This document shows, piece by piece, positions 17,166-26,460 of a stretch of 64,000 nucleotides of DNA. The DNA is taken from NCBI GenBank assembly GCA_963828845.1, contig CAWHGE010000007.1, positions 26,021-90,020 on the forward strand, in the 5' to 3' direction. The position numbers were made by a program, and so were the translations under genes. Origin of the DNA: an uncultured Chloroflexia bacterium. Lineage in GTDB: Bacteria > Chloroflexota > Anaerolineae > Anaerolineales > UBA4823. The first letter of the stretch is position 1, and every line of letters starts with the position of its first letter. Below the pieces are notes generated by a model. It saw nothing but the letters and a program-made list of their open reading frames with translations, did not search any database and was not told the DNA's origin.

Positions 17166-18332
17166 ATGAAAATACTGACGGTTGATATTGGTACGGGTAC
17201 CCAGGATATCTATCTATACAATTCCAATCAGGATATGGAGAACAATTTCAAGCTGGTAGTCTCTTCGCCTACCATGATCGTTCATCGACAGATCAAGAAA
17301 GCAACCGAAGATTACGAGCCAATCCTATTGACCGGTGTAACCATGGGTGGTGGTCCCAGCACTTGGGCTACCGAAGCTCATCTACGGGCAGGAATGTCGG
17401 TTTATGCCACACCTGATGCAGCACGGACTTTCAATGACGACCTGGCAGCAGTGAAGAAAATGGGGATTGAGGTGGTGAGTGAGGATGAAGCAAAGCTGCT
17501 ACCTGAAACAGTCAAACGCTTGAGTCTGCGGGATTTTGATTTTGCTACGATTGCCCATGCTTTTCAAACTTTTGGCATCACTTTGGATCACCTGGATGCA
17601 ATTGCCGTTGGGGTGTTTGACCATGGAAATGCACCAGCAAATATTTCCGACCGGCAATTCCGATTTGATTATCTAGATAATCGCATTCGTAAGCTAAACC
17701 GGCTGAGTGCGTTTGCCTACCGAAGGGAAGATGTCCCGGCTATCATGACGCGTCTGCAATCTGTGGTTGATTCCGCTCAGAATATAGACTTTCCGTTGGT
17801 AGTGATGGACACAGCCCCAGCAGCCGTTCTTGGCGCAACACTTGATCTGAAAGTTGCAGAGAGAGAACGAGTTATCATCTCTAATATCGGTAACTTCCAC
17901 ACCCTGGCTTTTCGGATGGGTAATAATGGAATCGAAGGTTTATTCGAACACCATACCGGATTATTGGATGTGGATAAATTGGAATCTTTACTACTGGCCC
18001 TCGCAGAAGGGAAGATATGCCGTGCAGATGTGTTCAACGACCAGGGGCATGGCGCTCTAATGTATGACCAGACCTCGTTGCCCTTGGGTATTGGTGAATA
18101 TGATGTGGTCATCACCGGACCGCGAAGAAAACTATTCCGAACCGGTGGCCCATACAAGAAACCACTCTCATTACGTCCGTATTACCCGGCTCCATTTGGG
18201 GATATGATGATCACCGGGTGTTTTGGATTATTGGCAGCGACTGCAGATGTTATGCCAGAGTTGGCTGGTCCGATCCGAGCATCGTTATATGACCCTGGGG
18301 GGAGCGGTGTTGCCCCCTGGGATGTAGATTGA
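17166..18332 (+). CDS. actin/ASKHA-fold protein (DUF1786-like)
   Basis: Starts MKILTVDIGTGTQDIYLY (phosphate-1-like motif). The ORF-track start 16977 runs antisense into the mutase gene and is rejected. The family assignment is from memory only. Confidence 0.5.
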   Translation: MKILTVDIGTGTQDIYLYNSNQDMENNFKLVVSSPTMIVHRQIKKATEDYEPILLTGVTMGGGPSTWATEAHLRAGMSVYATPDAARTFNDDLAAVKKMGIEVVSEDEAKLLPETVKRLSLRDFDFATIAHAFQTFGITLDHLDAIAVGVFDHGNAPANISDRQFRFDYLDNRIRKLNRLSAFAYRREDVPAIMTRLQSVVDSAQNIDFPLVVMDTAPAAVLGATLDLKVAERERVIISNIGNFHTLAFRMGNNGIEGLFEHHTGLLDVDKLESLLLALAEGKICRADVFNDQGHGALMYDQTSLPLGIGEYDVVITGPRRKLFRTGGPYKKPLSLRPYYPAPFGDMMITGCFGLLAATADVMPELAGPIRASLYDPGGSGVAPWDVD

Positions 18333-18337
18333 CTTTT

Positions 18338-19420
18338 TTACCGAGAGATCAAATGCACGGCAGTGGCTTTAAATGTCGCAATCACTGCCTGACCTTCAAC
18401 AAGCTTCATTTCATTGGCCGATCCGCGTGTGATCAGGGCGACGACGGGTAACCCACAATCGATAACCACACGGACAAGCGGCCCGCTAGGTGTCATGCGG
18501 ATGATGTGACCACTCAAACGATTGCGTGCACTGGTAACACTGGTTCCATCTGAAATGGATAGGGTGATATCCTCAGGGCGTAGGCAATATAACACTTGCC
18601 TTCCGATGGGTATATCTCCCACAGCCTCCAGGCTTAAACCATTGGCTTCAACGATTACCTGCCCATTTTGACAGACTGCCACTTTTCCCGCGATCACTGT
18701 CTCGACACCTACGAAGGCAGCTACTTCACCGTCACTCGGGGCAGTAAATACATCCTGCGGACGCCCTACCTGGCGTAGCACGCCTCCCAGCAATACAGCC
18801 ACCCGGTCTCCGAGCAGCAAAGCTTCGTCCAAATCATGTGTAATGAAGATGGTGGTGATGCTGGTCTGAGACAATAATGCATGCAAGTCCTGGAGCAGGC
18901 GTGATCTGGTGGGTGCATCTAAAGCGGAAAATGGTTCATCGAGCAAGAGCAATTCGGGCTGCAAGGCAAAAGCGCGCGCCAGGCTGGCTCTTTGAGCCTC
19001 ACCACCAGATAAGCGGTGAGCTGGACGGTTACTTAACCGGCTAATATCTAAGCGCTCCAACCAATCGTTCGTACGCTTTTTAATCTCTGCACGTGCGACG
19101 CCTCGAAACTTGAGACCCGAGGCGACATTATCAAAAACAGACTGGTGCATCAACAAAGGTTCCTGGAGCACCAACGCAATCCGGCGGCGATAGGTCAGCG
19201 CGTCTTCCTGTTCGATTGGTTTTCCACGGAAATATACCTGTCCACTTTGTGGTTGTAGTAAACGCCCCAATACGAGCAGAAGTGTGCTTTTTCCAGCCCC
19301 ATTGGGACCAATGACAGCCAGAACCTCACCTTGGAGGATGTCAAGTGAATCAACCTGCAAAACTGATTGATCACCACGTCTGACCAACAGGTCTTTTACG
19401 CTGAGTATAGGTTCAGCCAT
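18338..19420 (-). CDS. tupC: ABC transporter ATPase with C-terminal TOBE domain (TupC/ModC-like)
   Basis: Walker A GPNGAGKST, signature LSGGEAQR, Walker B LLLLDEP, and a ~120-aa C-terminal TOBE-like beta domain. Confidence 0.75.
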   Translation of the reverse strand: MAEPILSVKDLLVRRGDQSVLQVDSLDILQGEVLAVIGPNGAGKSTLLLVLGRLLQPQSGQVYFRGKPIEQEDALTYRRRIALVLQEPLLMHQSVFDNVASGLKFRGVARAEIKKRTNDWLERLDISRLSNRPAHRLSGGEAQRASLARAFALQPELLLLDEPFSALDAPTRSRLLQDLHALLSQTSITTIFITHDLDEALLLGDRVAVLLGGVLRQVGRPQDVFTAPSDGEVAAFVGVETVIAGKVAVCQNGQVIVEANGLSLEAVGDIPIGRQVLYCLRPEDITLSISDGTSVTSARNRLSGHIIRMTPSGPLVRVVIDCGLPVVALITRGSANEMKLVEGQAVIATFKATAVHLISR

Positions 19421-19426
19421 GTGAAA

Positions 19427-20071
19427 TTAACGAGCTCCGCGTTGCTGGATCAGGGTTAACCCCAGATTGACCATATATGCCAGGATAAGTAGAAGAACAC
19501 TGAGAGTAATAGCGTTTTGGAATTCACCCTTGCCGGTCTCCAGGACGATGGCGGTGGTTAATACACGTGTTTGATGCCGGATGTTGCCGCCTACCATCAT
19601 CGAGGCGCCCACTTCGGAGATCACACTGCCAAAACCAGCCATCAAAGCGGCCAACAACGGTAGACGAGCTTCGCGCCAAAGTGAGATCACCATTTGGATG
19701 GATGAGGCACCCAAACCCAATAATTGCAGGCGCAGGCGTGGGTCGAGCTGCTGCAAGGCTGAGGCTGTCAAACCGGTGACGACCGGAGCTGCGATGATTG
19801 TTTGGGCAATGATGATGGCAATTGGAGTATATATCAAGTGAAGGTTGCCTAAAGGACCACTTCGCCAGAGCGTCATAGCAACGAAAAGTCCAACCACCAC
19901 CGGGGGTAATGCCATGCCGGTGTTGATCAGGCTGAGGATGAACCTGCGTCCACGTACCTGGCGTAAAGCTAGCCAAGTTCCCAGGGGCAGACCGATAAAG
20001 AGGCTAATCCCGGTTGCCAACAATGAAACTTTGAGCGAAAGTACAGTGATTTCGAAAATATCTGAGCTCAT
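19427..20071 (-). CDS. tupB: ABC transporter permease (TupB-like)
   Basis: 214 aa, about 5 TM helices, between the ATPase and the binding-protein genes. Confidence 0.7.
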   Translation of the reverse strand: MSSDIFEITVLSLKVSLLATGISLFIGLPLGTWLALRQVRGRRFILSLINTGMALPPVVVGLFVAMTLWRSGPLGNLHLIYTPIAIIIAQTIIAAPVVTGLTASALQQLDPRLRLQLLGLGASSIQMVISLWREARLPLLAALMAGFGSVISEVGASMMVGGNIRHQTRVLTTAIVLETGKGEFQNAITLSVLLLILAYMVNLGLTLIQQRGAR

Positions 20072-20179
20072 GGCGGTATTGTATCATGTGAGATTAATGC
20101 CTGAACTGATTGAGAAGGAAAACCACATAGGATTAATCCACCCAGTAAAGTTACAAAATGGGATTAGCTCAAATAAAGA

Positions 20180-20227
20180 GCGCAGCGATTTAAGAATATC
20201 AATCTCGTTCTTTAATTTTCGCTGCGC
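20180..20227 (-). other. intercistronic stem-loop between tupA and tupB
   Basis: GCGCAGCGA (20180-20188) pairs with TCGCTGCGC (20219-20227). The inner TTAAGAA/TTCTTTAA pairing is imperfect. On the minus strand it is followed by CTCTTTATTT. Confidence 0.35.
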
Positions 20228-20325
20228 CCTCACCCCTGGTTGCGGTGGTTTTTTTAAAAGAATACCTTACTAGAGACTCGGAGGCTAGTAGGATTGATTA
20301 TTTTTACTCAATCAACACGAAGCAA

Positions 20326-21231
20326 CTATTTTCCGAGCGTGGCTTCATCCTTACCAGCATCAGGTGTGAATAAGGGTGAACCAAATTTGTCCACACCGAA
20401 GGCACCGATCAATCTTTGGGCTTCGGGAGAAACGACATAATCGGCAAAGGCGATTGCTCCAACGTTATTCACCGTGGGACAATTGGCTGGATTCACCACA
20501 ATCACATGATATACGTTCAATAGAACTGCATCTCCCTCCACCAGGATATCAAGCTGGAGCTTATCTTTATTTGCCAGGTAGGTAGCTCGATCAGTTAATG
20601 TATAGCTAGATTGCTCAGAAGCAACCGTTAATGTAGCTAACATACCCTGACCAGTCTCGACATACCAATCTCCTTCGGGTGTGATGTTGGCACTCTTCCA
20701 GATGGCCAGCTCCTTGGCATTGGTGCCGGAATCGTCAGCTCGACTGATGAATGGTGATTTAGAATCAGCGATTTTCGTGAAAGCTTCTGCTGCGGTAGCT
20801 GAGCCCTTGATGCCGGCTGGATCTAATGACGGACCGACGATGATGAAATCTGTATGCATCACTAGGCGGCGGTCGGATCCGTAGTTGTTGCTCATGAAGT
20901 CTTTTTCAGCGGAGGGTGAGTGCACAAACAAAACATCAGCATTGCACTCCTGACCCATTTTCATGGCCTCCCCAGAACCGACTGCGACTGGTTTAACGGT
21001 ATATCCCGTACGTTGTTCAAAATCTGGGATCATCACATCCAATAACCCTGAATCCTGGGTGCTGGTGGTCGTTGCCAGGATCAGGGATGGGTTAGCAGGT
21101 TTTGGTGGCGTGGTGGGAGCCTGGGTTGGGGCTTGTGTAGCGACGGGTGTCGCAGTGGCACATGCCACCAGGACAAACGATAAGATTACCACTATAGCGA
21201 ACAAGGAATTCAGATGCTTCGATGCTTTCAT
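20326..21231 (-). CDS. tupA: tungstate/molybdate-binding lipoprotein (TupA-like)
   Basis: Lipobox LVACAT, a low-complexity linker, then LILATTTSTQDSGLLD..VAVGSGEAMKMG..DVLFVHSP, which is the TupA-type TTTS anion-binding signature. Confidence 0.75.
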   Translation of the reverse strand: MKASKHLNSLFAIVVILSFVLVACATATPVATQAPTQAPTTPPKPANPSLILATTTSTQDSGLLDVMIPDFEQRTGYTVKPVAVGSGEAMKMGQECNADVLFVHSPSAEKDFMSNNYGSDRRLVMHTDFIIVGPSLDPAGIKGSATAAEAFTKIADSKSPFISRADDSGTNAKELAIWKSANITPEGDWYVETGQGMLATLTVASEQSSYTLTDRATYLANKDKLQLDILVEGDAVLLNVYHVIVVNPANCPTVNNVGAIAFADYVVSPEAQRLIGAFGVDKFGSPLFTPDAGKDEATLGK

Positions 21232-21255
21232 ATTCTTTCTTCTCCTCTTATAAGA

Positions 21256-21465
21256 TTAGTCGATTCCGATCATCACATTGGAAGCTTTGATGATGGCATA
21301 AGCCTCTTTTCCTTCTGTCAGGCCAAGATTTTCGACCGAACTGTTGGTAATGATTGAAACCAGGCGCGTGCCACCCGGAAGCTCAATAATGACTTCTGAA
21401 TTGACCGCACCACGAACCACCTTTACTACTTTACCTTTCAATATATTTCGTGCACTGATTTTCAT
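21256..21465 (-). CDS. mop: molbindin (Mop/TOBE single-domain molybdate/tungstate-binding protein)
   Basis: 69 aa: MKISARNILKGKVVKV..GAVNSEV..ELPGG..SIIT..S...LGL..G.EAYAIIKASNVMI. GGAGG SD. Confidence 0.8.
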   Translation of the reverse strand: MKISARNILKGKVVKVVRGAVNSEVIIELPGGTRLVSIITNSSVENLGLTEGKEAYAIIKASNVMIGID

Positions 21466-21823
21466 TTTTTCCTCCGCGTTTATCTCCTATATGAATCATT
21501 TGTTCTCCTCGTTGGGTGACATCATACCCATGGTTGGAGGTGTACAAATGTTAATTATTTCCATAAATAATTCATCAATGCCATTAAATATTTCCTTAAC
21601 GGCAATGGATAGTTTAATGTTACTGGATAAATCTGTCAATATATCTCGTAAAGACATCACTATCGCTTAGCTATATTTAATTTTGATTAGATATGTTGTG
21701 TTTATTTGTGTGGCATTGTGATTGAAGTGAGATGGGCTTGTTCATACTAATATTGTGACAGAATAGTAGATAACCTATTTATCAGAATAAATAATTTAAA
21801 AAGACTTTGATGGATTTTAAACC

Positions 21824-21853
21824 AAAACCAGAGCTGAAAATCAGCTCTGGTTT
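21824..21853 (-). terminator. rho-independent terminator
   Basis: CCAGAGCTGA-aaa-TCAGCTCTGG (21828-21850) flanked by A/T runs, 15 nt downstream of the stop of the 21868-22158 gene. Confidence 0.6.
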
Positions 21854-21867
21854 GTGAGGGAGTGGAA

Positions 21868-22158
21868 CTAAATTGCGGGTGGGAGAGGTTCGTTAGGATT
21901 CGAGGGAGGTGGAGTCACTTTTTTCTGGCGTAGAACCAGGAAGCTGACAACTGCAGCGATAACTATCAGGACAATCCCACCACAGATCCCACCAAAAATA
22001 TAGCCCAGATAGGTGTTTTGATCAGTAGCAAAGATTCCAAATCCACCTGCGTAATCAACGACACTTGCCAAACCCCAACATAATGCTGCCAAACCGGGGC
22101 ACCCGCACAATATCACTGAGACTATTGTAATGATTACTGCGGTAGTTCGATTACTCAT
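21868..22158 (-). CDS. small membrane protein, hypothetical
   Basis: 96 aa, two hydrophobic helices rich in Gly/Cys, and a proline-rich C-terminal tail. GAGGAGG SD. Confidence 0.5.
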   Translation of the reverse strand: MSNRTTAVIITIVSVILCGCPGLAALCWGLASVVDYAGGFGIFATDQNTYLGYIFGGICGGIVLIVIAAVVSFLVLRQKKVTPPPSNPNEPLPPAI

Positions 22159-22282
22159 AATATTCCTCCTCTACAATTGTATGATTAGGACGTTGATTTA
22201 AGTATACGGCATACCATTCAAGTCTGCAAGCAAACAACACAGAGTTTTGCCATCCAAACATTTTTACTGATCAAATCTGGGA

Positions 22283-24926
22283 TCAGGCGTGCAACCGGGC
22301 ACCCAATTCCTGTTCTAATTTAGAGATGATCCGTTGGCGAATCTTTGCAACATCATTATCCGTAAGGGTTTTCTCCGCAGATTGATAAGTGAGGGAATAT
22401 GCCAGGCTCTTTTTACCCTTCCCGATTTGCTCACTGCGATAAACATCGAAGAGAGTGATCTCCGTCACGATATGTCCAGCTCCATTTTTAATGATTTCGG
22501 CGACACGCTCAGCAGGAATTCCCTCGTCGACAACGACCGCTATGTCTTCCAACACTGGTGGGAAGGCAGGCACGGGTAGCATGTTATAGCGTTCCGGGAT
22601 GAGTGCTGATCAACAAATCCAGGTTTAAATCAGCTGCTATTACTGGGTTAGTGGGAAAGTCATAATGCTCATGCACTAAAGGATGTAACTCGCCGAACAC
22701 GCCAATTTGACGATCTCCAACCAGGAGACGGGCGCATTTACCAGGATGGAAGGTTGGATGCTCGGTGGGCTCGACGTGCACCTCGATGTGTAATTCTTCC
22801 ATCAATCCTTCGATGATCCCCTTGAGATCATAAAAATCCATTGGAGTTGTATCAGCTTTTTGCCAGCCTGGCAATGTACGAGATCCGGTGAGAACGACCG
22901 CCAGGCGTTGGAGCTCATCCGGACGTTCACCTGCTTCTGAAGCCATGAAGATGGCGCCAACTTCAAAGAGAGCCATACGCGGACGAATGTGGGCATTGCG
23001 TTCCACAGTTTCAAGTAAGCTATTAAGTACACTATGGCGCATAACCACCCTATCGGAGGCAATGGGGTTGATGATACGCAGATAAGGTTGATCATCTATG
23101 GGAGTTCCAGGCGCCAGTCGGCGCGCTTCGCGTTCGGGTGTGGTTTGGCGGTGACTTACAATTTCCTGCAACCCTAGATTCATCAGGATGTCGACAATGC
23201 GCTCTTCACTTTCGACAGTTGGGTTGCTACGCTGGGGTGGTAATTCTGAAGCCAGACGTGTCTCAGGGATGCGCTCGTACCCATAGATGCGGGCAATCTC
23301 TTCCAATAGGTCAGCTTTGCCTACCAGGCCTTCGCTGATATCCAAGCGATGATCGGGGCTATGGGCACGGATGATAACCTGGCTAGACCCTTCGTTGATC
23401 AATTCACAGTGAAAATCCAGACTTTGCAGGATTTTGGTGATTTCGTGGACGCTGAGCTTGATACCCAACATACGCTGGACATCAACAGGAGTGAGATCAA
23501 TGACCGGATCGACAGGTTGGAGCTGGTAATTATCGATTAATCCTTGATAAACCATCCCTCCAGCGAGCTGATGCATCAATTTTAAACCCCGCCTTACCCC
23601 GCGCTCAGCCATGGCAGGGTGTACACCACGCGAAAAACGGAAGGCAGCTTCTGATTGGAGCTTTTGAGCAGCGGCGGTCTTGCGGATATTGATATTATTC
23701 CAAGCAGCACCTTCCAACAGGATGCTCGAGGTGCTTTTTGTTCGCCCGCTTTGGTTACCGACAAGCGTACCATCTGAGCTTACTTCCAAACTAGAAGATG
23801 CGTCATAAACTTCAGATTCAGCCCCACCCATCACACCTGCGATGGACAGCGATCCGGCGGTGTCGCACACCAAGACGGTAAAGGGGTCCAGTAGACGCTC
23901 AACACCATCCAGAGTGGTGAGACGTTCATCTGGATGGGCAGTGCGGGTGATGATTGTGGGGGAGTTACCGCCTGCGCGCTGCACCAACACATCATAATCA
24001 AAAGCATGTAGTGGCTCACCTACCTCGAGCATGGCATAATTGGTCACGTCGACGATGTTGTCGATTGGGCGCATCCCGGCAAGTTTAAGTCTGCGCTCCA
24101 TCCAATACGGGCTTGGTTTAATGATGACATTTTGGATCAACCCGAGCACAAAGCGTGGGTTCAGCTCAGGATTTGTAATCTCGATCGAGGCTTTACTCTG
24201 GATATTTGGACCTTCAGCCTGGACCAGATAGAAATCCGCTGGAATGTGCAATGGTGACCCGGTGAGAGCTGAGACCTCACGTGCAACACCCAGGATGTTG
24301 GCATTACGGGCAATATTAGGTAAGATCTTAATCTCAAAAATCGCATCACCAATATAATCCACCAAAGGGACACCCACGGGAGCATCTTCATCGAGGATGA
24401 TCACACCTTCATGATCGTCCGAAATGCCAAGCTCTTTTTCGGAACAAATCATCGAATAAGATTCAATACCACGTATTTTAGCTGGCTTGAGTGTGGTCAG
24501 CACCTGACCGGGTTGGTGACCATCAAATATTTGGGCTCCTTGCCGTGCATATGCCACTTTCAGGGGTTTGGGCAATGCACCCAACCCTTTATATGGATAT
24601 AAGTTGGGCGCACCGGTAAGCACGATATGCTCACGCTCGCCATCATAGAGCTTACATAAAACCAGGCGGTCAGCGTTTGGATGAGGCATGACCTCTGATA
24701 CAGAGGCGGTGACGATTTTATCGGGTTCCCAGGCTAAACCAGAAATATTCGCGTTGATATTTTCGCCGGTACGTTGCTGTTCCACGGAATTGGATTGCGG
24801 AAGTGGAAGACCGATATAGATGATCTGTTCCACTTCCAATCCTGCCATGGTCAGGCGCCGTGCGAGCTCGGGGAGTGGTATGTTGATATCGACGAAGTCT
24901 TTCACCCAGGAAATTGGGACGCGCAT
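22283..24926 (-). pseudogene. pheT: phenylalanine-tRNA ligase beta subunit, one frame break near the C-terminal domain
   Basis: 780-aa ORF plus 99-aa ORF. Removing one base in CCGGG at 22594-22598 gives ..HPERYNMLPVPAFPPVLEDIAVVVDE, the normal junction into the anticodon-binding-like domain. Confidence 0.9.
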
Positions 24927-24935
24927 ATATACCTC

Positions 24936-25961
24936 CTAGAACTGTTCTAAAAAGCGCATGTCATTGGCCCAGAAATTGCGGATGTCTTCGATACGGTGTT
25001 TGAGCATCATAATACGTTCAGTGCCCAAACCAGCGGCGAAGCCGGAGAATTTTTCGGGGTTATAACCACCATTTTGCAAAACGACGGGATGCACCATACC
25101 ACAACCACCGATCTCCAGCCAACCGGTCCAAGCACAGACAGAGCAGCCTTTACCGCTGCATAATAAGCATTCAAAATCAAATTCAGCACTGGGTTCGGTA
25201 AACGGGAAGTAGGAAGCCCGAAAGCGTGTACGAAATTTTTGACCGAACAGACGGTGGGCTAGGTCACTCAACGTCCCTTTTAAATCGCCGAGAGTGATGT
25301 TTTCACCAACCACGAGCACTTCGATCTGGTTGAATTGGGTCTCATGGCGGCTGCTGATCTGCTCATAGCGATAACACATGCCAGGCAGGATTGCTCGGAT
25401 GGGTTCCGGGGCATATTGGCGCATAACGTGAATCTGCCCCGGAGAGGTATGTGGGCGCAGGGAGACGTTGGGCATGTTGGTATAAAAGGTGTCATACATA
25501 TCGCGAGCGGGATGGTGGGGAGGCATATTGAGCAAGCCAAAGTTATATTCATCTGTTTCTGCTTCTGGCGACCGGTAAACCTGAAAACCCATATCGGCGA
25601 AGGCACGAACAACCTCCCGCACCGAAATTGTTGCGGGATGGAGGCGACCCATGGATAAAGCCCGCCCAGGAAGAGTGACGTCCAAACGCTCAGACTGAAG
25701 CGAGTGTTGGAGGGCTGATTGTCGCAAAGCTTCTGATCGAGTAGAAAATGCAGACTCCAGGGCGCGCTTGAGTTCATTAGCTCGTCTCCCGATGACCGGT
25801 CGCTCTTCCTTGGAAAGCTTACCCAGCTGGTCAAAGATCTGCATGAGGGGTGAAGACCGTCCAAGATTGGCTACCCGCCAATTTTCCAAGCTCGCTTCAT
25901 CCTGGATGGATTCCAACGACTGGAGAGCAATTTGCTCAATTTGATCCAATTCTATTAACAT
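24936..25961 (-). CDS. pheS: phenylalanine-tRNA ligase alpha subunit
   Basis: ATG 25961 lies 5 nt after GGAGG. Class II motifs are present (FPFTEPSAEFD, GCGMVHP, GFAAGLGTERI). Confidence 0.9.
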   Translation of the reverse strand: MLIELDQIEQIALQSLESIQDEASLENWRVANLGRSSPLMQIFDQLGKLSKEERPVIGRRANELKRALESAFSTRSEALRQSALQHSLQSERLDVTLPGRALSMGRLHPATISVREVVRAFADMGFQVYRSPEAETDEYNFGLLNMPPHHPARDMYDTFYTNMPNVSLRPHTSPGQIHVMRQYAPEPIRAILPGMCYRYEQISSRHETQFNQIEVLVVGENITLGDLKGTLSDLAHRLFGQKFRTRFRASYFPFTEPSAEFDFECLLCSGKGCSVCAWTGWLEIGGCGMVHPVVLQNGGYNPEKFSGFAAGLGTERIMMLKHRIEDIRNFWANDMRFLEQF

Positions 25962-26030
25962 ATGCACCTCCAAACCAAACAGTTATCACGATTAAATAAA
26001 GTATGATGTCATTTACCAGCAAATGAATCA

Positions 26031-26294
26031 AAACTCCCGCCCCATCAAGGGACGGGAGGCGTTTCCCGCGGTACCACCCTTGTTGGTCGCGCGTGCGACC
26101 CTCTTCGGCCGACGGCTGAAAGGCGATCGGCTCCCTGATTAACGCTTGGGCTGCGGTCCGCGCTAATAGTGTTCATCACATTCACCCGGACAGCTCCGGA
26201 GGGAACTTCGTCGGATTTCTGCCTGGCGGGGTCTCAGTCTGTGCCCGACGCCTCCCTGTTGGGTTCGATCCAACTACTTTCCTCTTTCAAAGCC
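26031..26294 (-). promoter_or_regulatory. T-box riboswitch leader of pheST
   Basis: Minus strand features: GA/K-turn and AGUA elements (UUUGAAAGAGGAAAGUAG), an AG bulge AGGGA and a Specifier-loop 3' side GAAGUUC (26203-26209). Further downstream are a Stem III hairpin GGUCGC-ACGC-GCGACC and the T-box sequence AACAAGGGUGGUACCGCGGG (26065-26079 core). The terminator is CUCCCGUCCC-UUGA-UGGGGCGGGAG followed by UUUU (26031-26058). Confidence 0.85.
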
Positions 26295-26312
26295 TTTCAT
26301 ATTGTTCTCCCT

Positions 26313-26340
26313 ATTATCGGCAAATGTCATTTTCTGTCAA
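26313..26340 (-). promoter_or_regulatory. promoter of the pheST T-box leader
   Basis: Minus strand TTGACA (26335-26340), a 16-nt spacer, then GATAAT (26313-26318). Confidence 0.5.
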
Positions 26341-26460
26341 GACTTTACCCATGAAAAGAATCATTCCAGAGTAAGGATTATAGGGTGACGAATCCCATCC
26401 AGGCAGGATGATTTTTCTCCAGCAGAAGGTGGGAATTGATTTACGGGTATAATCTACCCA

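Noticed and set aside
19524-19976. Long antisense or alternative-frame ORFs inside real genes, for example 19524-19976, 25280-25864, 40763-41173, 22802-23095 and 451-735.
   Set aside because: They overlap well-supported genes (tupB, pheS, coaX, pheT, VIT1). Their Arg/Pro/Ser-rich low-complexity translations are typical of shadow ORFs.
26258-26274. A tRNA-like T-arm (GTTGG-GTTCGAT-CCAAC) on the plus strand, suggesting a tRNA gene.
   Set aside because: No matching acceptor, D or anticodon arms lie at the right distances. It sits entirely inside the minus-strand T-box Stem I. Its 5' half supplies the upper-stem 5' strand (GUUGGAU), which I pair with AUCCGAC.
26169-26354. A 61-aa plus-strand ORF in a GC-rich patch upstream of pheS.
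   Set aside because: The region is the reverse complement of a complete T-box leader (T-box sequence, terminator, Stem I elements). The ORF is a by-product of the structured RNA.
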